In this document: positions 1-8,259 of the stretch, in pieces
Numbering within the stretch: position 1 is the first letter of the stretch
Layout: every line of letters starts with the position of its first letter
NCBI GenBank assembly: GCA_020723505.1
Contig: DYIT01000008.1
Span: forward strand, 14,579 to 78,578
Direction: 5' to 3'
Source of the DNA: Candidatus Kuenenia stuttgartensis
GTDB lineage: Bacteria > Planctomycetota > JAKEIC01 > DYIT01
DNA length: 64,000 nucleotides
The notes under the pieces: generated by a model
Database searches by the model: none
What the model saw: the letters and a program-made list of their open reading frames with translations, nothing else
Told to the model about the DNA's origin: nothing
Translations under genes and position numbers: made by a program

Positions 1-141
1 GTCGTTTTCATGTCCGGGTATACCGACAACGCGATTCATCATCATGGCGTCCTCGATCCCGGGACGGCATTCATGGAAAAACCCTTCTCCCAGGCCAGCT
101 TGACGGTAAAAATCAGGGAAGTGCTGGGCAAAGGGGAGTAG
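1..141 (+). CDS. C-terminal end of a response-regulator receiver (REC) domain protein, 5'-truncated by the window edge
   Basis: Frame 1 reads VVFMSGYTDNAIHHHGVLDPGTAFMEKPFSQASLTVKIREVLGKGE*. The FMSGYTD...PG.AF..KPF....L...IR.VL pattern is the beta4-alpha5 end of CheY-like receivers and is often the C-terminus of hybrid sensor kinases. Confidence 0.6.
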   Translation, partial: VVFMSGYTDNAIHHHGVLDPGTAFMEKPFSQASLTVKIREVLGKGE

Positions 142-310
142 GCCGAATACCTGCACGGTCGCCGTCGCATCGCAGGTTTCCCAGATTTCCTTGCGCCTTT
201 ACGTCCGCGTTTCCCCGGAACCGCTTCTACGGACATAACTTCTGAATCGGACATGGCATGTGCCTTGCCCAGCGAGTTGCTAGTCTTCTCCGCGCGCGCA
301 GCGCGTGGAA

Positions 311-357
311 TAACGCTGACGAGCCGTTGTACTTCTAGACTCCGCTCGTCAGCGTTA
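311..357. terminator. Bidirectional hairpin between convergent genes
   Basis: Perfect 14-bp inverted repeat TAACGCTGACGAGC / GCTCGTCAGCGTTA with a 19-nt loop. It lies between the stop at 139-141 (+) and the stop at 355-357 (-); the right arm overlaps the TAA of the DUF4956 gene. No clear U-tract. Confidence 0.4.
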
Positions 358-1056
358 CAGGTCGATTTCCTGGAACCCGGTGACGACGGTGACTTTCTGG
401 CCGCCGTTCACCTTCCTGACCTCGTCCATGAGGTCCTCTTCGCGGGTCTTCCTCATGAGCCGGACAGTGTAGACAACCTCCCTCGTCCCGTCGGCGCTCA
501 CCGTCTCGACCGAGACCAGCGCGGCCGCGTCCGCAAGGCGCTCGAAAATCGGGGCGAGGAGCGCGTCCGGGTCGGCGGCCGCCGGGAACCTGGCCCTGAG
601 GATGCGCTCGCGGAACTCCATTGCGAACAGGTCGAGCTTGTGCATCGCGAGGATAATCGCCGAGATGACGATCGCGCTGAACGCCCCCAGCAGGTAGAAG
701 CGCGTGCCGCAGGCCATGCCCACGGCCATGGCGAGGAACAGGAAAGCCACGTCGCGGCTTTCCTTCACGGCGTTGCGGAACCGGATTATCGACAGTGCTC
801 CGACAAGGGCGAATGCCCTTGCGATGTCCGATCCTATGACAAGCATCACGAGACCCACCACCGTCCCCAGGATGATGAGCGTATGGGCGAAGGACTGCGA
901 ATACGAGATTCCCTTGTGCGTCCGGCGGTATGTCCACGCCACGACCAGGTTGAGGACGAAGCTCAGGAGGAGAACTGCCCCCACGTCGAAGGCGGTGAAC
1001 CTGCCGCTGAGATCCCCGAACCTCGCGAGTTCCTTCAGGAATTCGTCCATATGCAC
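355..1056 (-). CDS. DUF4956-family polytopic membrane protein
   Basis: 233-aa ORF with several hydrophobic helices and the signature ALSIIRFRNAVKESRDVAFLFLAMAVGMACG that I associate with DUF4956. It lies downstream of a VTC-domain gene. A second in-frame ATG at 1050 follows AGGTG and may be the real start. Confidence 0.75.
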   Translation of the reverse strand: MHMDEFLKELARFGDLSGRFTAFDVGAVLLLSFVLNLVVAWTYRRTHKGISYSQSFAHTLIILGTVVGLVMLVIGSDIARAFALVGALSIIRFRNAVKESRDVAFLFLAMAVGMACGTRFYLLGAFSAIVISAIILAMHKLDLFAMEFRERILRARFPAAADPDALLAPIFERLADAAALVSVETVSADGTREVVYTVRLMRKTREEDLMDEVRKVNGGQKVTVVTGFQEIDL

Positions 1057-1210
1057 CTATAAACCGGACAAGCCGGAATCCGACCCCGTCTCGAATTTAC
1101 GATACCCCGCCCGCCGCCTCATTTCAAGGCAGCGTCGCGCGAGCCCGGCGCGAACGGGCAGAAGCCGCTCATGGGCGAAGGCCCGTTTGCGGGCAGGCGG
1201 CACCGGCTCT

Positions 1211-1978
1211 TCATCCGGAATCCCCCCGGCCAGGCGCCGGATAGTATCCCGCGAATTCCCGGAAACCGGCCCTCGACCTCTCGAGCCCCAGGCAGTACTT
1301 GCTGATTCTCATCATCGAGAAGTCGTGTGCGGCGAGCAGGTTCGCAATCCACCTCGGCGCCTTGTCGTCAATCTTCACTTCCAAAATGCAGCTAGAAGGG
1401 TGGAGGAACCTCCGGCCCCTGAGCCCGGCTTCCACGTCGAGCGCATGGGCTCTCGCGGTCAAATCCGTGTCGAACGTCACCCTGAGCCCCTCGTCGTACT
1501 CCCCTCCGACGAAAGCCCGGCGCAAGTAAGAAATCACGCATGCAGGTCCCAGCCGGAACGCCTCGACCAGTGACCGGACCTCCCACGCGGCGGCTCTTTC
1601 CCCGGCCTCAAGCGCATCGGGATCAAGCTCTCCCGCGCAGAGCGCCCTGGCGGACTCGAGGTCCATTTCGAGCCTGGTCTTCTGCACCGTCCTGTCCGTC
1701 CTCCGCTTTATTTCGACCCACGCCCTGCCCGAATCCGGTAACCCCGGCCACGGGTAGATTCTGATCCTGAGCTTCCTCCTGTTCCTGAGCCCGTCAATCT
1801 TTTCCCTGTAGAACCGGAAGTCCGGGCTGTCGTAGTAGAGGCTCGTGACCCGGTAGAAGCCCTCGCCGCTGCCGTGCGGATCGGGCTTGACGAACGGGAG
1901 GAGATCGGACATGAACGCCTTCGCCCTGAGGGCGTCCACCACGTACTTGAGCTCGAACCTGTTGGCCCGGTGGAGCAT
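1211..1978 (-). CDS. VTC-domain (polyphosphate-polymerase-like, triphosphate-tunnel) protein
   Basis: From the internal Met the product reads MLHRANRFELKYVV...SLYYDSPDFRFYREKIDGLRNRRKLRIRIY...VEIKRRTDRTVQKTR, showing the RFE.KY, SLY.D and EIK motifs of VTC/TTM-fold proteins. The track start at 2038 adds 20 Arg/Gly-rich residues overlapping the upstream gene and is rejected. The ATG at 1978 overlaps the upstream stop (TGATG). Confidence 0.8.
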   Translation of the reverse strand: MLHRANRFELKYVVDALRAKAFMSDLLPFVKPDPHGSGEGFYRVTSLYYDSPDFRFYREKIDGLRNRRKLRIRIYPWPGLPDSGRAWVEIKRRTDRTVQKTRLEMDLESARALCAGELDPDALEAGERAAAWEVRSLVEAFRLGPACVISYLRRAFVGGEYDEGLRVTFDTDLTARAHALDVEAGLRGRRFLHPSSCILEVKIDDKAPRWIANLLAAHDFSMMRISKYCLGLERSRAGFREFAGYYPAPGRGDSG

Positions 1979-2547
1979 CAGCCCTTCCCCCCCCCGCCCG
2001 CCGACAGGACCTGCATTCCTGCCTTGAGCCCGCCGCATCCCCCGGAATCTTCAAGCCTGATTTCGATGAGCATCGAGGACCGGAGGCTTTCGGGGATTTC
2101 AAAGTCGACCTCCCCGGATTTTTCCGCCGAAATCCGGACCTCCTCGGCGTCCCCGGACAGGATGATTGCGGCGGGCCGTGGCGGGCCGGAAGGACGCCAG
2201 CGGAACTTGAGCCTCGCGGCTTTCGCCGGACCGGGCGCGATGAGGAGGTACGCGGCCTCGGTCTCAATCCATCCCTCCGTGTTGGCGCTGAGTATCCTCG
2301 CTTCCGCCCCGTCCAGGATTGCCGGGGAGAGGTCGGGGTGGCTGCGGAGCGTGTCGCGAAGGAGGCGGAGGTCACCACTGGAAAGGCACTGTTTCTTTCC
2401 GATTTTGAGCTCGTGGAGCAGCTTCCAGACCCTGTCGAGCCCGGGCTCGCGCAGCCCCCATGCGAAGAAGACGGCCGCGAATGCGGCTGTTCCGCAGAGC
2501 CACAGGAATCCGGCGCTAGGGAGCCTGCTTTTCAAGGGGAAATCCAT
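1978..2547 (-). CDS. Hypothetical membrane-anchored protein in the CotH-VTC operon
   Basis: 189-aa ORF with an N-terminal hydrophobic segment (FLWLCGTAAFAAVFFAWGL). Its start is 1 nt after the CotH stop and its stop overlaps the VTC start, indicating translational coupling. I recognise no family. Confidence 0.55.
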   Translation of the reverse strand: MDFPLKSRLPSAGFLWLCGTAAFAAVFFAWGLREPGLDRVWKLLHELKIGKKQCLSSGDLRLLRDTLRSHPDLSPAILDGAEARILSANTEGWIETEAAYLLIAPGPAKAARLKFRWRPSGPPRPAAIILSGDAEEVRISAEKSGEVDFEIPESLRSSMLIEIRLEDSGGCGGLKAGMQVLSAGGGGKG

Positions 2548-2548
2548 C

Positions 2549-5461
2549 TCAATTCCTCATCCTCCCGACCAGCCCGGCAAGATCATCCCACTTCTCGAGG
2601 CCCAGGACGTGCTTCAGGAGATGGCCGAGCGAATCGTCCGGCGGAAAGTCCGTCATGACGCGGAGGAAGCCCGGCGCGGACCCGTCGTCGGACTTGAAGA
2701 CCCCGCCGCACTCCACGGCGTCGAGCGTCTCGCCGCGGACCTCGCTGCGGCCGCCGTACTTCGGACTCCTGGTCTCGAGCTCGACCGCAAGCCCGCAGCG
2801 GAAGAACAGGCTGCATGCGACGACCGCCTCGGACCTGCTTTTCACGAGCAGGCCCTTGCGGCAGGAAGCCGCCAGGCAGCCGCGGATTTGGGCCGAGGAT
2901 CTCTCCCCCACCGAAATCGCGTTTCCGCCCGCCCCGGTCACGATGCAGTCCAATATTTCCGCGGTCGAAGCCATCATGTCCACCGCCTCTTCGCCGGGGT
3001 TCCGGAAATTGCAGGACGTGATTCTCGCCGAGGAGAATTCGAGGTCCAACGCGTCCGCTTTCATGCCCTCGAACCGGCAGTTCTCAATCACCGCGTCCTG
3101 CGCGTATCCCAGGTGAACCGCGTCTGCGGAATCGCGGGCCGCGCGGAAGACGCAGCCGGAAATCACGACACCGCCGGCATCGTGGACGTTCAGGGCCGCG
3201 GGATACGACGCGAGGTTCCATTCCGGCGCGGTCGCGCCCTGGATCCGCACGCATCGCAGGACCGATCCCGAGGCCCCGCGACCCTGCAGGGCTATCCCCC
3301 CGAAGCTGGTCCCGCCCGCAACCGGCTCGATTGAGACAGGCTGTTCCTCCGTCCCCGCCGCCTCGACCCTGCCTCGGAAGACCAGCGACGCGCCGGGCGA
3401 AAGCCTTATCGCGGTGCCCGCTGCGATGAAGACCGGCTCCGTTTCGCGGAAAACGCGGGTCTTCTCAATCAGCACTTCCCCCGGGCCGAGCCGCACCGGC
3501 AGCCCGCGCCTCTCCTCTAGGAGCCACGGATGGACGTCCGTCTCTTCGGCCGCGAACCGCTGCACGCTCCCGGGCGAGCCGGCGGGCGCCGGAGCCTCGG
3601 TCCCCTTCCTCCAGTCCCCCGCGCGGACCGTCCTTTGAAACGACCATCCGGTCACCTCGTTGCGGAACTTGAGATTCGCGGCCTCCATTCCTTCGCCCGC
3701 CTCTATGAAGAACCTGTAGATCCTCGGAGCGGGCGAGATTGTCACGTTGCCCGCCTCGGGGGACGGATCCGCGCGCGCCACGGTTCTCGCCGCGGGGATG
3801 AGCAGCCCCGGGTCCTCCGCGAGCGAGCCGCCCGAGGATTCGTCCGCCAGGGCCTGGTCCGCCCCCGGGTCGAAGGCCCCGTCGAGGTCGAGGTCGCGCC
3901 AGAGCCTCCAGCCGCCTCCCACTCCCGGACCCGGCCGGAAATCCACTCCCGCGGATTCGAGCCTGTAAGCCCCGCGGCCGGTCACCTCGACCTCGAGCGC
4001 CGCGGCCGCTTCCCGTGCCTCTTTCCTTCCCAGCCTCAGCGTAATCCCGTCCTCCTCAAGACCGCGCAGGAGGAACGCGCTGCGCTCCGCGAAGGTCTTG
4101 ATCTCGGATTCGAGAATCAGCGCCTGGCGCTCCTCGTCCATGGGCCTGACCAGGCGCCTCAGTTCCCTGTTGACCGGCGGAAGCAGCCTGTATGCGTCCC
4201 AGTACGGGTCGGCCGCGTACTCCGGGGCCGCGAGCTTGATTTGACCAAGCAGCCGGCTGCGGATTTCCGACACCGCGCAGGGGCCGTTCAGAAGACCATA
4301 GAGGATGCGGTTGCGCAATGCGAGGTATCCCGGAACATGCGCCAGCTTGAGGCGCAGCGGATGCTCCACGGGCTGGAACAGCGGCTCGTGCCTCCATCCG
4401 CGGAAGTTCCAGCCGATGGGCTCGAATCTGCCCTTGTACGCGTCGAAATAAATCTTGTGGTTCGACCTCGCATCGTGCTGGTTGCCTCCGAATGCCGCGT
4501 CCACGGCGTCGAACGCCGCGAATTTCCCGAGGTCCAGCTCGTCCTTCGCGAAAGCCGCGAACTCGGCTGCGCCCGCCTTGTTCACCTTTTCAATCAGCCT
4601 TTCGATTTCCGCCATGCCGCCGGCCTTGCCCGGTCCGGAGGAGGCCGCCTTGGTCCATGCGCGCGGATCGCGGAAGAGCGTCCCGAGACCCGTCGCCGAA
4701 TCCACGGGCGCGTCGTCGCCCGAGAATATGCTCCCGGGCATTCTGCCGTTCTTCCTCAGCAATCCGGCCTCAGCGTGGCCCGAGAACAGGTAGACTCCCA
4801 TGGGGCGCTTGTTGATCACCACGCGCACAAGCCTGCTGTCCGGGGCCAGCACGCCGAGGCCGCGGAGGACTTCGAGAACAACGGGTTCGCCGACGCTGAT
4901 GGGCGCGACCTCGTTTATCAGGTTGAACACGTCCTCGCCCTCGAGCGCGGCGCCTGAATCCATGGCTATCTTCAGGGATTTCTGCGGATGCGCCCAGTGC
5001 CAGTGAGGGCCGCCCCTCACCCTTGCCCGGGCGGGGAGGAACTGGCCGCCCCCTTTCGAGACGAAGACCGGCACGTAGGGCCGCTGCGAATCCGCCGAGA
5101 GGTTCGAAGAGAGCGTCTGGCTGTCGGCGCGGCTAATCAAGAGCGAGTAGACCGGGAGCGAAGGGGGTTCAGGCGGCGGCGGCATGGACATGCGGCGGAT
5201 GTCCTGGCGCAGCCTGTCGTGAAGGTTGAGATGGAAGATCTCGGTGGTCATCGGACAGGCGGCGCCTGCGGCGTCGCAGTACGCGGCATGGGTGGACCAT
5301 GCTCCCCAGGCGAGCCATCCGCAGAGGAACAGCACCGGAGAGGAAATCATGAACGCAGTGAGGAAGCGGATGCGCCACAGCGATCGGAATCCTCGGTTTC
5401 CGGTATGACGCCGCATTGCCCGGGAAACTCCGTTATAATGGCCGCCCGGAAACACACACAT
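2549..5461 (-). CDS. CotH-family atypical kinase fused to a C-terminal parallel beta-helix domain
   Basis: 970-aa ORF with an N-terminal anchor (FLTAFMISSPVLFLCGWLAWGAW). The CotH region includes NHKIYFDAYKGRFEPIGWNFRGW and FDAVDAAFGGNQHD. The C-terminus has beta-helix repeats (NCRFEGMKADALDLEFSSARITSCNFRN ... GGNAISVGERSSAQIRGC). The start may be Met16 (5416). Confidence 0.85.
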   Translation of the reverse strand: MCVFPGGHYNGVSRAMRRHTGNRGFRSLWRIRFLTAFMISSPVLFLCGWLAWGAWSTHAAYCDAAGAACPMTTEIFHLNLHDRLRQDIRRMSMPPPPEPPSLPVYSLLISRADSQTLSSNLSADSQRPYVPVFVSKGGGQFLPARARVRGGPHWHWAHPQKSLKIAMDSGAALEGEDVFNLINEVAPISVGEPVVLEVLRGLGVLAPDSRLVRVVINKRPMGVYLFSGHAEAGLLRKNGRMPGSIFSGDDAPVDSATGLGTLFRDPRAWTKAASSGPGKAGGMAEIERLIEKVNKAGAAEFAAFAKDELDLGKFAAFDAVDAAFGGNQHDARSNHKIYFDAYKGRFEPIGWNFRGWRHEPLFQPVEHPLRLKLAHVPGYLALRNRILYGLLNGPCAVSEIRSRLLGQIKLAAPEYAADPYWDAYRLLPPVNRELRRLVRPMDEERQALILESEIKTFAERSAFLLRGLEEDGITLRLGRKEAREAAAALEVEVTGRGAYRLESAGVDFRPGPGVGGGWRLWRDLDLDGAFDPGADQALADESSGGSLAEDPGLLIPAARTVARADPSPEAGNVTISPAPRIYRFFIEAGEGMEAANLKFRNEVTGWSFQRTVRAGDWRKGTEAPAPAGSPGSVQRFAAEETDVHPWLLEERRGLPVRLGPGEVLIEKTRVFRETEPVFIAAGTAIRLSPGASLVFRGRVEAAGTEEQPVSIEPVAGGTSFGGIALQGRGASGSVLRCVRIQGATAPEWNLASYPAALNVHDAGGVVISGCVFRAARDSADAVHLGYAQDAVIENCRFEGMKADALDLEFSSARITSCNFRNPGEEAVDMMASTAEILDCIVTGAGGNAISVGERSSAQIRGCLAASCRKGLLVKSRSEAVVACSLFFRCGLAVELETRSPKYGGRSEVRGETLDAVECGGVFKSDDGSAPGFLRVMTDFPPDDSLGHLLKHVLGLEKWDDLAGLVGRMRN

Positions 5462-5583
5462 TGGATGCCGGACGGGAGATACCTTAATTTATATCCGTTT
5501 GTCCCGGATAATTCACGGGTGATCGCGATTATCCGTACCGGCGACCGGCTGCGGGGGCCGCCGGGAAGGCCTCGTTTCTCGTT

Positions 5584-5630
5584 TGTGGGAGCCGCCGGGA
5601 AGGCGTTGCTGCCAAAGGCGGCGATAATCA
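5584..5630 (+). repeat. Conserved-arm hairpin motif, copy 1 (TGTGGGAGCCGCCGG-N16-AAGGCGGCGATAATCA)
   Basis: The two arms are identical to those at 43099-43146 (+) and 42948-42990 (-); the loops differ. GCCGCC and GGCGGC can pair. It ends 29 nt before the TTG start at 5659. Confidence 0.7.
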
Positions 5631-5658
5631 GATTCGCACAATTGGTGAGGAGACACCG

Positions 5659-7989
5659 TTGGGAAAGGAAACGAAGGGCATCCTGGGTCCGGGGGCAAGG
5701 CGGGCGGCGGGTTTTGCGACTTGCTTTCTGGTCGGATTCATCACGGCGACATGGGCGGCGGGGGCGGAGAAGAAGGAAAAGCCCGCTCCCGAAGCCAGGT
5801 GGGAGGCGGTATTCCCCGAGGATCAGGTGCTCGAAATCCGCCTCGAGATTGCGCGCGAGGACTGGGAAAAGATTATGAGGAGGCCTTTCGAGAACGTCCG
5901 TGCCCGGTTCCGCTGCGGCCAGGTCGCAATCGACGCCATTGCCGTCAGGGTGAAGGGCAACTCGTCGGCAGGGGTGCCGAGCGAACGGAAGTCGCTCAAG
6001 CTCGATTTCGACGCGTACGACAAGAAGGCCTCTTTCCACGGCGCGGTCAAGCTGAACCTGCACAACGCGTTCAAGGACCCCACCCTGATGCGGGAATTCC
6101 TCGCTTACCGGCTCTTCAAGGCCGCCGGGGTTCCATCGAGCCGCGCGGGGTTCGCGAGGGTCTTCGTCCGTATCGGGGACGAAAAGGAGAGATATCTCGG
6201 CCTCTACACCACCGTCCAGCAGGCCGACCGCCTGTTCCTGCAGCAGAACTTCAGGAACGCGGAAGGGAACCTGTGGAAGGGGGAGGCTGGTAGCGATTTC
6301 ACGTGGTTCGGCGATGATCCCGAGCCGTACGGGGGATACGAGCTCAACTCGAACGGCAAGCGGGGGGACTATTCCCGGCTCATCGAGCTCGTGAAGACCG
6401 TCAACCAGGCGCCGGACTCCTCTTTCGCCGCTGAAATCGAGAAGCGCCTCGACGTGGACAGGCTGCTCTCCTATATCGCGGTCAACACGCTTCTTTCCAA
6501 TCTCGACAGTCCTTCCGGCAGCGGTCACAACTATTACCTTTATCATGACCCGGAAGCGGACCGGTTCACGGTAATCCCGTGGGACCTGAACGAGGCTTTC
6601 GGCAACTTCAAGATGCAGGAAGGCTCGGACATGCTGGAGATGTCGATTGACGAGCCGTATTCGGGCGAAAAGATACTGTTCAAGCGGATCCTCTCCGTCG
6701 CCAGGTTCAGGGACAAGTACCGGCAGATTCTCAAGACCATCTGCTCCGGACCGTTTTCGCCGGCGAACATGAACCGGGAAATCGACCGCCTGGTGAAGCT
6801 CATAGGCAGGGCTGTCGAGGAGGACTCGATGAAGCCCTATTCCACGGATGATTTCCGCAGGGGCGTCGAGTCGGACATCCAGGCGAGGGGTCCGTTCGAC
6901 AGGGGCGGCGGGATTCTCGGGCTCAAGTCGTTCGTCGCCGGAAGAACCACGTCGGTGGCCGAGCAGCTAGCCGGCAAGTCCAAAGGGGTGAAACCCCGGG
7001 GCAATTCCTTCATGCCTCCTCCTGCATCCACCGGGCCGGTGAAGGCGGCCCCAGCGCTCGCAGGAGGCGCTCTTTTCATCCTTTCCGACGAAGGCGTGCT
7101 GTCCAGGTTTCCGCTCGATACCATGAAGACCGCGGCTTCTGCCATTCTCCCGAAGGCGGTTCAAATCGCGGGACGCGGCATGCCGGACAGGCCGGGCGGG
7201 GATGAGATGCTCAAGCGCATGGACCGCGACGGGGACGGCAGGATTACGCAGAAGGAATTCGAGGGGCCTCCGGAGGTGTTCAAGCGCCTCGACAGGAACA
7301 GGGACGGGGCGCTCGACAGGGATGAAATAAGGTCAGGAGACAGGCGCGGAGACGACCCGGGCAGGCGCCAGGGCCCGGAACCCGGGGGCGAGAGCCGCGA
7401 GATGGCGGTGTACGCCGGGGAAACCGTCGTTGCGGTGGTCGGCCCGAACACCCTGTACTTGTTCTCTGCGTCCGATCTCTCGCCGCTGGGGCACAACCGC
7501 TTCGGGGAGCCCGCTGGCGGCCCCTTCGACAAGAAGGGAAGGCCGTCTTCCCGCAACGCGCCGTCGGTTTCCGGCGAAGGGGATCTGCTCTGGATTCTAT
7601 CGGGTTACCGCGTCCTGCGCGTTGACCTCAAGGAAATGAAGGTGAAGGCCGACGTCGATCTGCCTGCCGGTCTCGACGGCCGGATGGAGGCGGAGAGAAT
7701 CAAGCGGCTGGACGGCAACGGCGACGGCAGGGTGGACAGGATGGAGTTCAGGGGGCCGCCCGAGATGTTCGACCATGCGGACCGGAATCGCGACGGATTC
7801 CTCGACGCGAAGGAAATCCGGGAGCTTCCTCCGCTGCCCGGGGAGGACAGGCAGGGGGCCTCTGCGAAAATCCTCAGATCCGGCGAAGAGCTCGTGGCAG
7901 TGCTCGGGGATTCGGTCTTCAGGCTCGACCCGAAAACCCTGGAAATCAGGGGAACGGCGAAGCTCGAAAAAGGGAAGGAAAAGAAGTAA
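5659..7989 (+). CDS. Secreted CotH-family atypical kinase with two C-terminal EF-hand pairs
   Basis: 776-aa ORF with a TTG start 6 nt after GGTGAGGAG and a signal-like N-terminus. CotH motifs include VRVKGNSS...SLKLDFD and GHNYYLYHDPEADRFTVIPWDLNEAFGNF. EF-hand loops are DRDGDGRITQKEF/DRNRDGALDRDEI (7201-7332) and DGNGDGRVDRMEF/DRNRDGFLDAKEI (7681-7825). Confidence 0.85.
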   Translation: MGKETKGILGPGARRAAGFATCFLVGFITATWAAGAEKKEKPAPEARWEAVFPEDQVLEIRLEIAREDWEKIMRRPFENVRARFRCGQVAIDAIAVRVKGNSSAGVPSERKSLKLDFDAYDKKASFHGAVKLNLHNAFKDPTLMREFLAYRLFKAAGVPSSRAGFARVFVRIGDEKERYLGLYTTVQQADRLFLQQNFRNAEGNLWKGEAGSDFTWFGDDPEPYGGYELNSNGKRGDYSRLIELVKTVNQAPDSSFAAEIEKRLDVDRLLSYIAVNTLLSNLDSPSGSGHNYYLYHDPEADRFTVIPWDLNEAFGNFKMQEGSDMLEMSIDEPYSGEKILFKRILSVARFRDKYRQILKTICSGPFSPANMNREIDRLVKLIGRAVEEDSMKPYSTDDFRRGVESDIQARGPFDRGGGILGLKSFVAGRTTSVAEQLAGKSKGVKPRGNSFMPPPASTGPVKAAPALAGGALFILSDEGVLSRFPLDTMKTAASAILPKAVQIAGRGMPDRPGGDEMLKRMDRDGDGRITQKEFEGPPEVFKRLDRNRDGALDRDEIRSGDRRGDDPGRRQGPEPGGESREMAVYAGETVVAVVGPNTLYLFSASDLSPLGHNRFGEPAGGPFDKKGRPSSRNAPSVSGEGDLLWILSGYRVLRVDLKEMKVKADVDLPAGLDGRMEAERIKRLDGNGDGRVDRMEFRGPPEMFDHADRNRDGFLDAKEIRELPPLPGEDRQGASAKILRSGEELVAVLGDSVFRLDPKTLEIRGTAKLEKGKEKK

Positions 7990-8259
7990 CTAATTCCACA
8001 CGAAGATGGTGTATCGTTTGCGATGGCCCAGCTGGCGTTTTTCGATACGTGGCACGTAATCGCCAGAGATGCGGAGCACAGTGCAAGGGAGAAGCGGTTC
8101 TTCTGCATCGCGAGAAAGGGGTCAGGTCGACTGTTGACGTTTGTCAATCCAGTCCGGATCGAGAGATTCAAGCATATAAACTCATTCCAGGAATTGGACT
8201 CCCTCCTAATCAGGCAACGGCGCAATCAGGGAATTTCTCGGGGCATTCAAAGTCGACTT

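Noticed and set aside
253-1062. 269-aa plus-strand ORF and other long ORFs antisense to called genes (for example 1874-3334, 3530-4957, 5347-6546, 16085-17209, 18113-19576, 20938-22626, 23358-24461, 24732-25790, 30312-32219, 45511-47109, 48366-49541, 50013-52772, 53797-54903, 55080-56126)
   Set aside because: These are typical shadow ORFs of GC-rich DNA. They have extreme Arg/Gly/Pro/Ala content and no recognisable motifs. Each fully overlaps an opposite-strand or other-frame gene that has clear family signatures.
5599-5628. Reading the conserved-arm motif as an ordinary sigma-70 promoter (GATAAT as the -10)
   Set aside because: The only -35-like hexamer (TTGCTG, 5606-5611) is 11 nt from GATAAT. 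The minus-strand copy at 42948 lacks the ATAAT extension. I therefore kept it as a motif of unknown role.
8050-8064. Perfect TGGCACG (-24-like) sequence on the plus strand
   Set aside because: The downstream GC is one base too close (TGGCACG-TAAT-CGCC), so the obligatory GG-N10-GC spacing is broken. It also lies in a convergent intergenic region with no downstream plus-strand gene.
8117-8135. GGGGTCAGGTCGACTG resembling the start of the REP 25-mer
   Set aside because: Only the first 8 nt match and the rest diverges, which is too short to call a degenerate copy.
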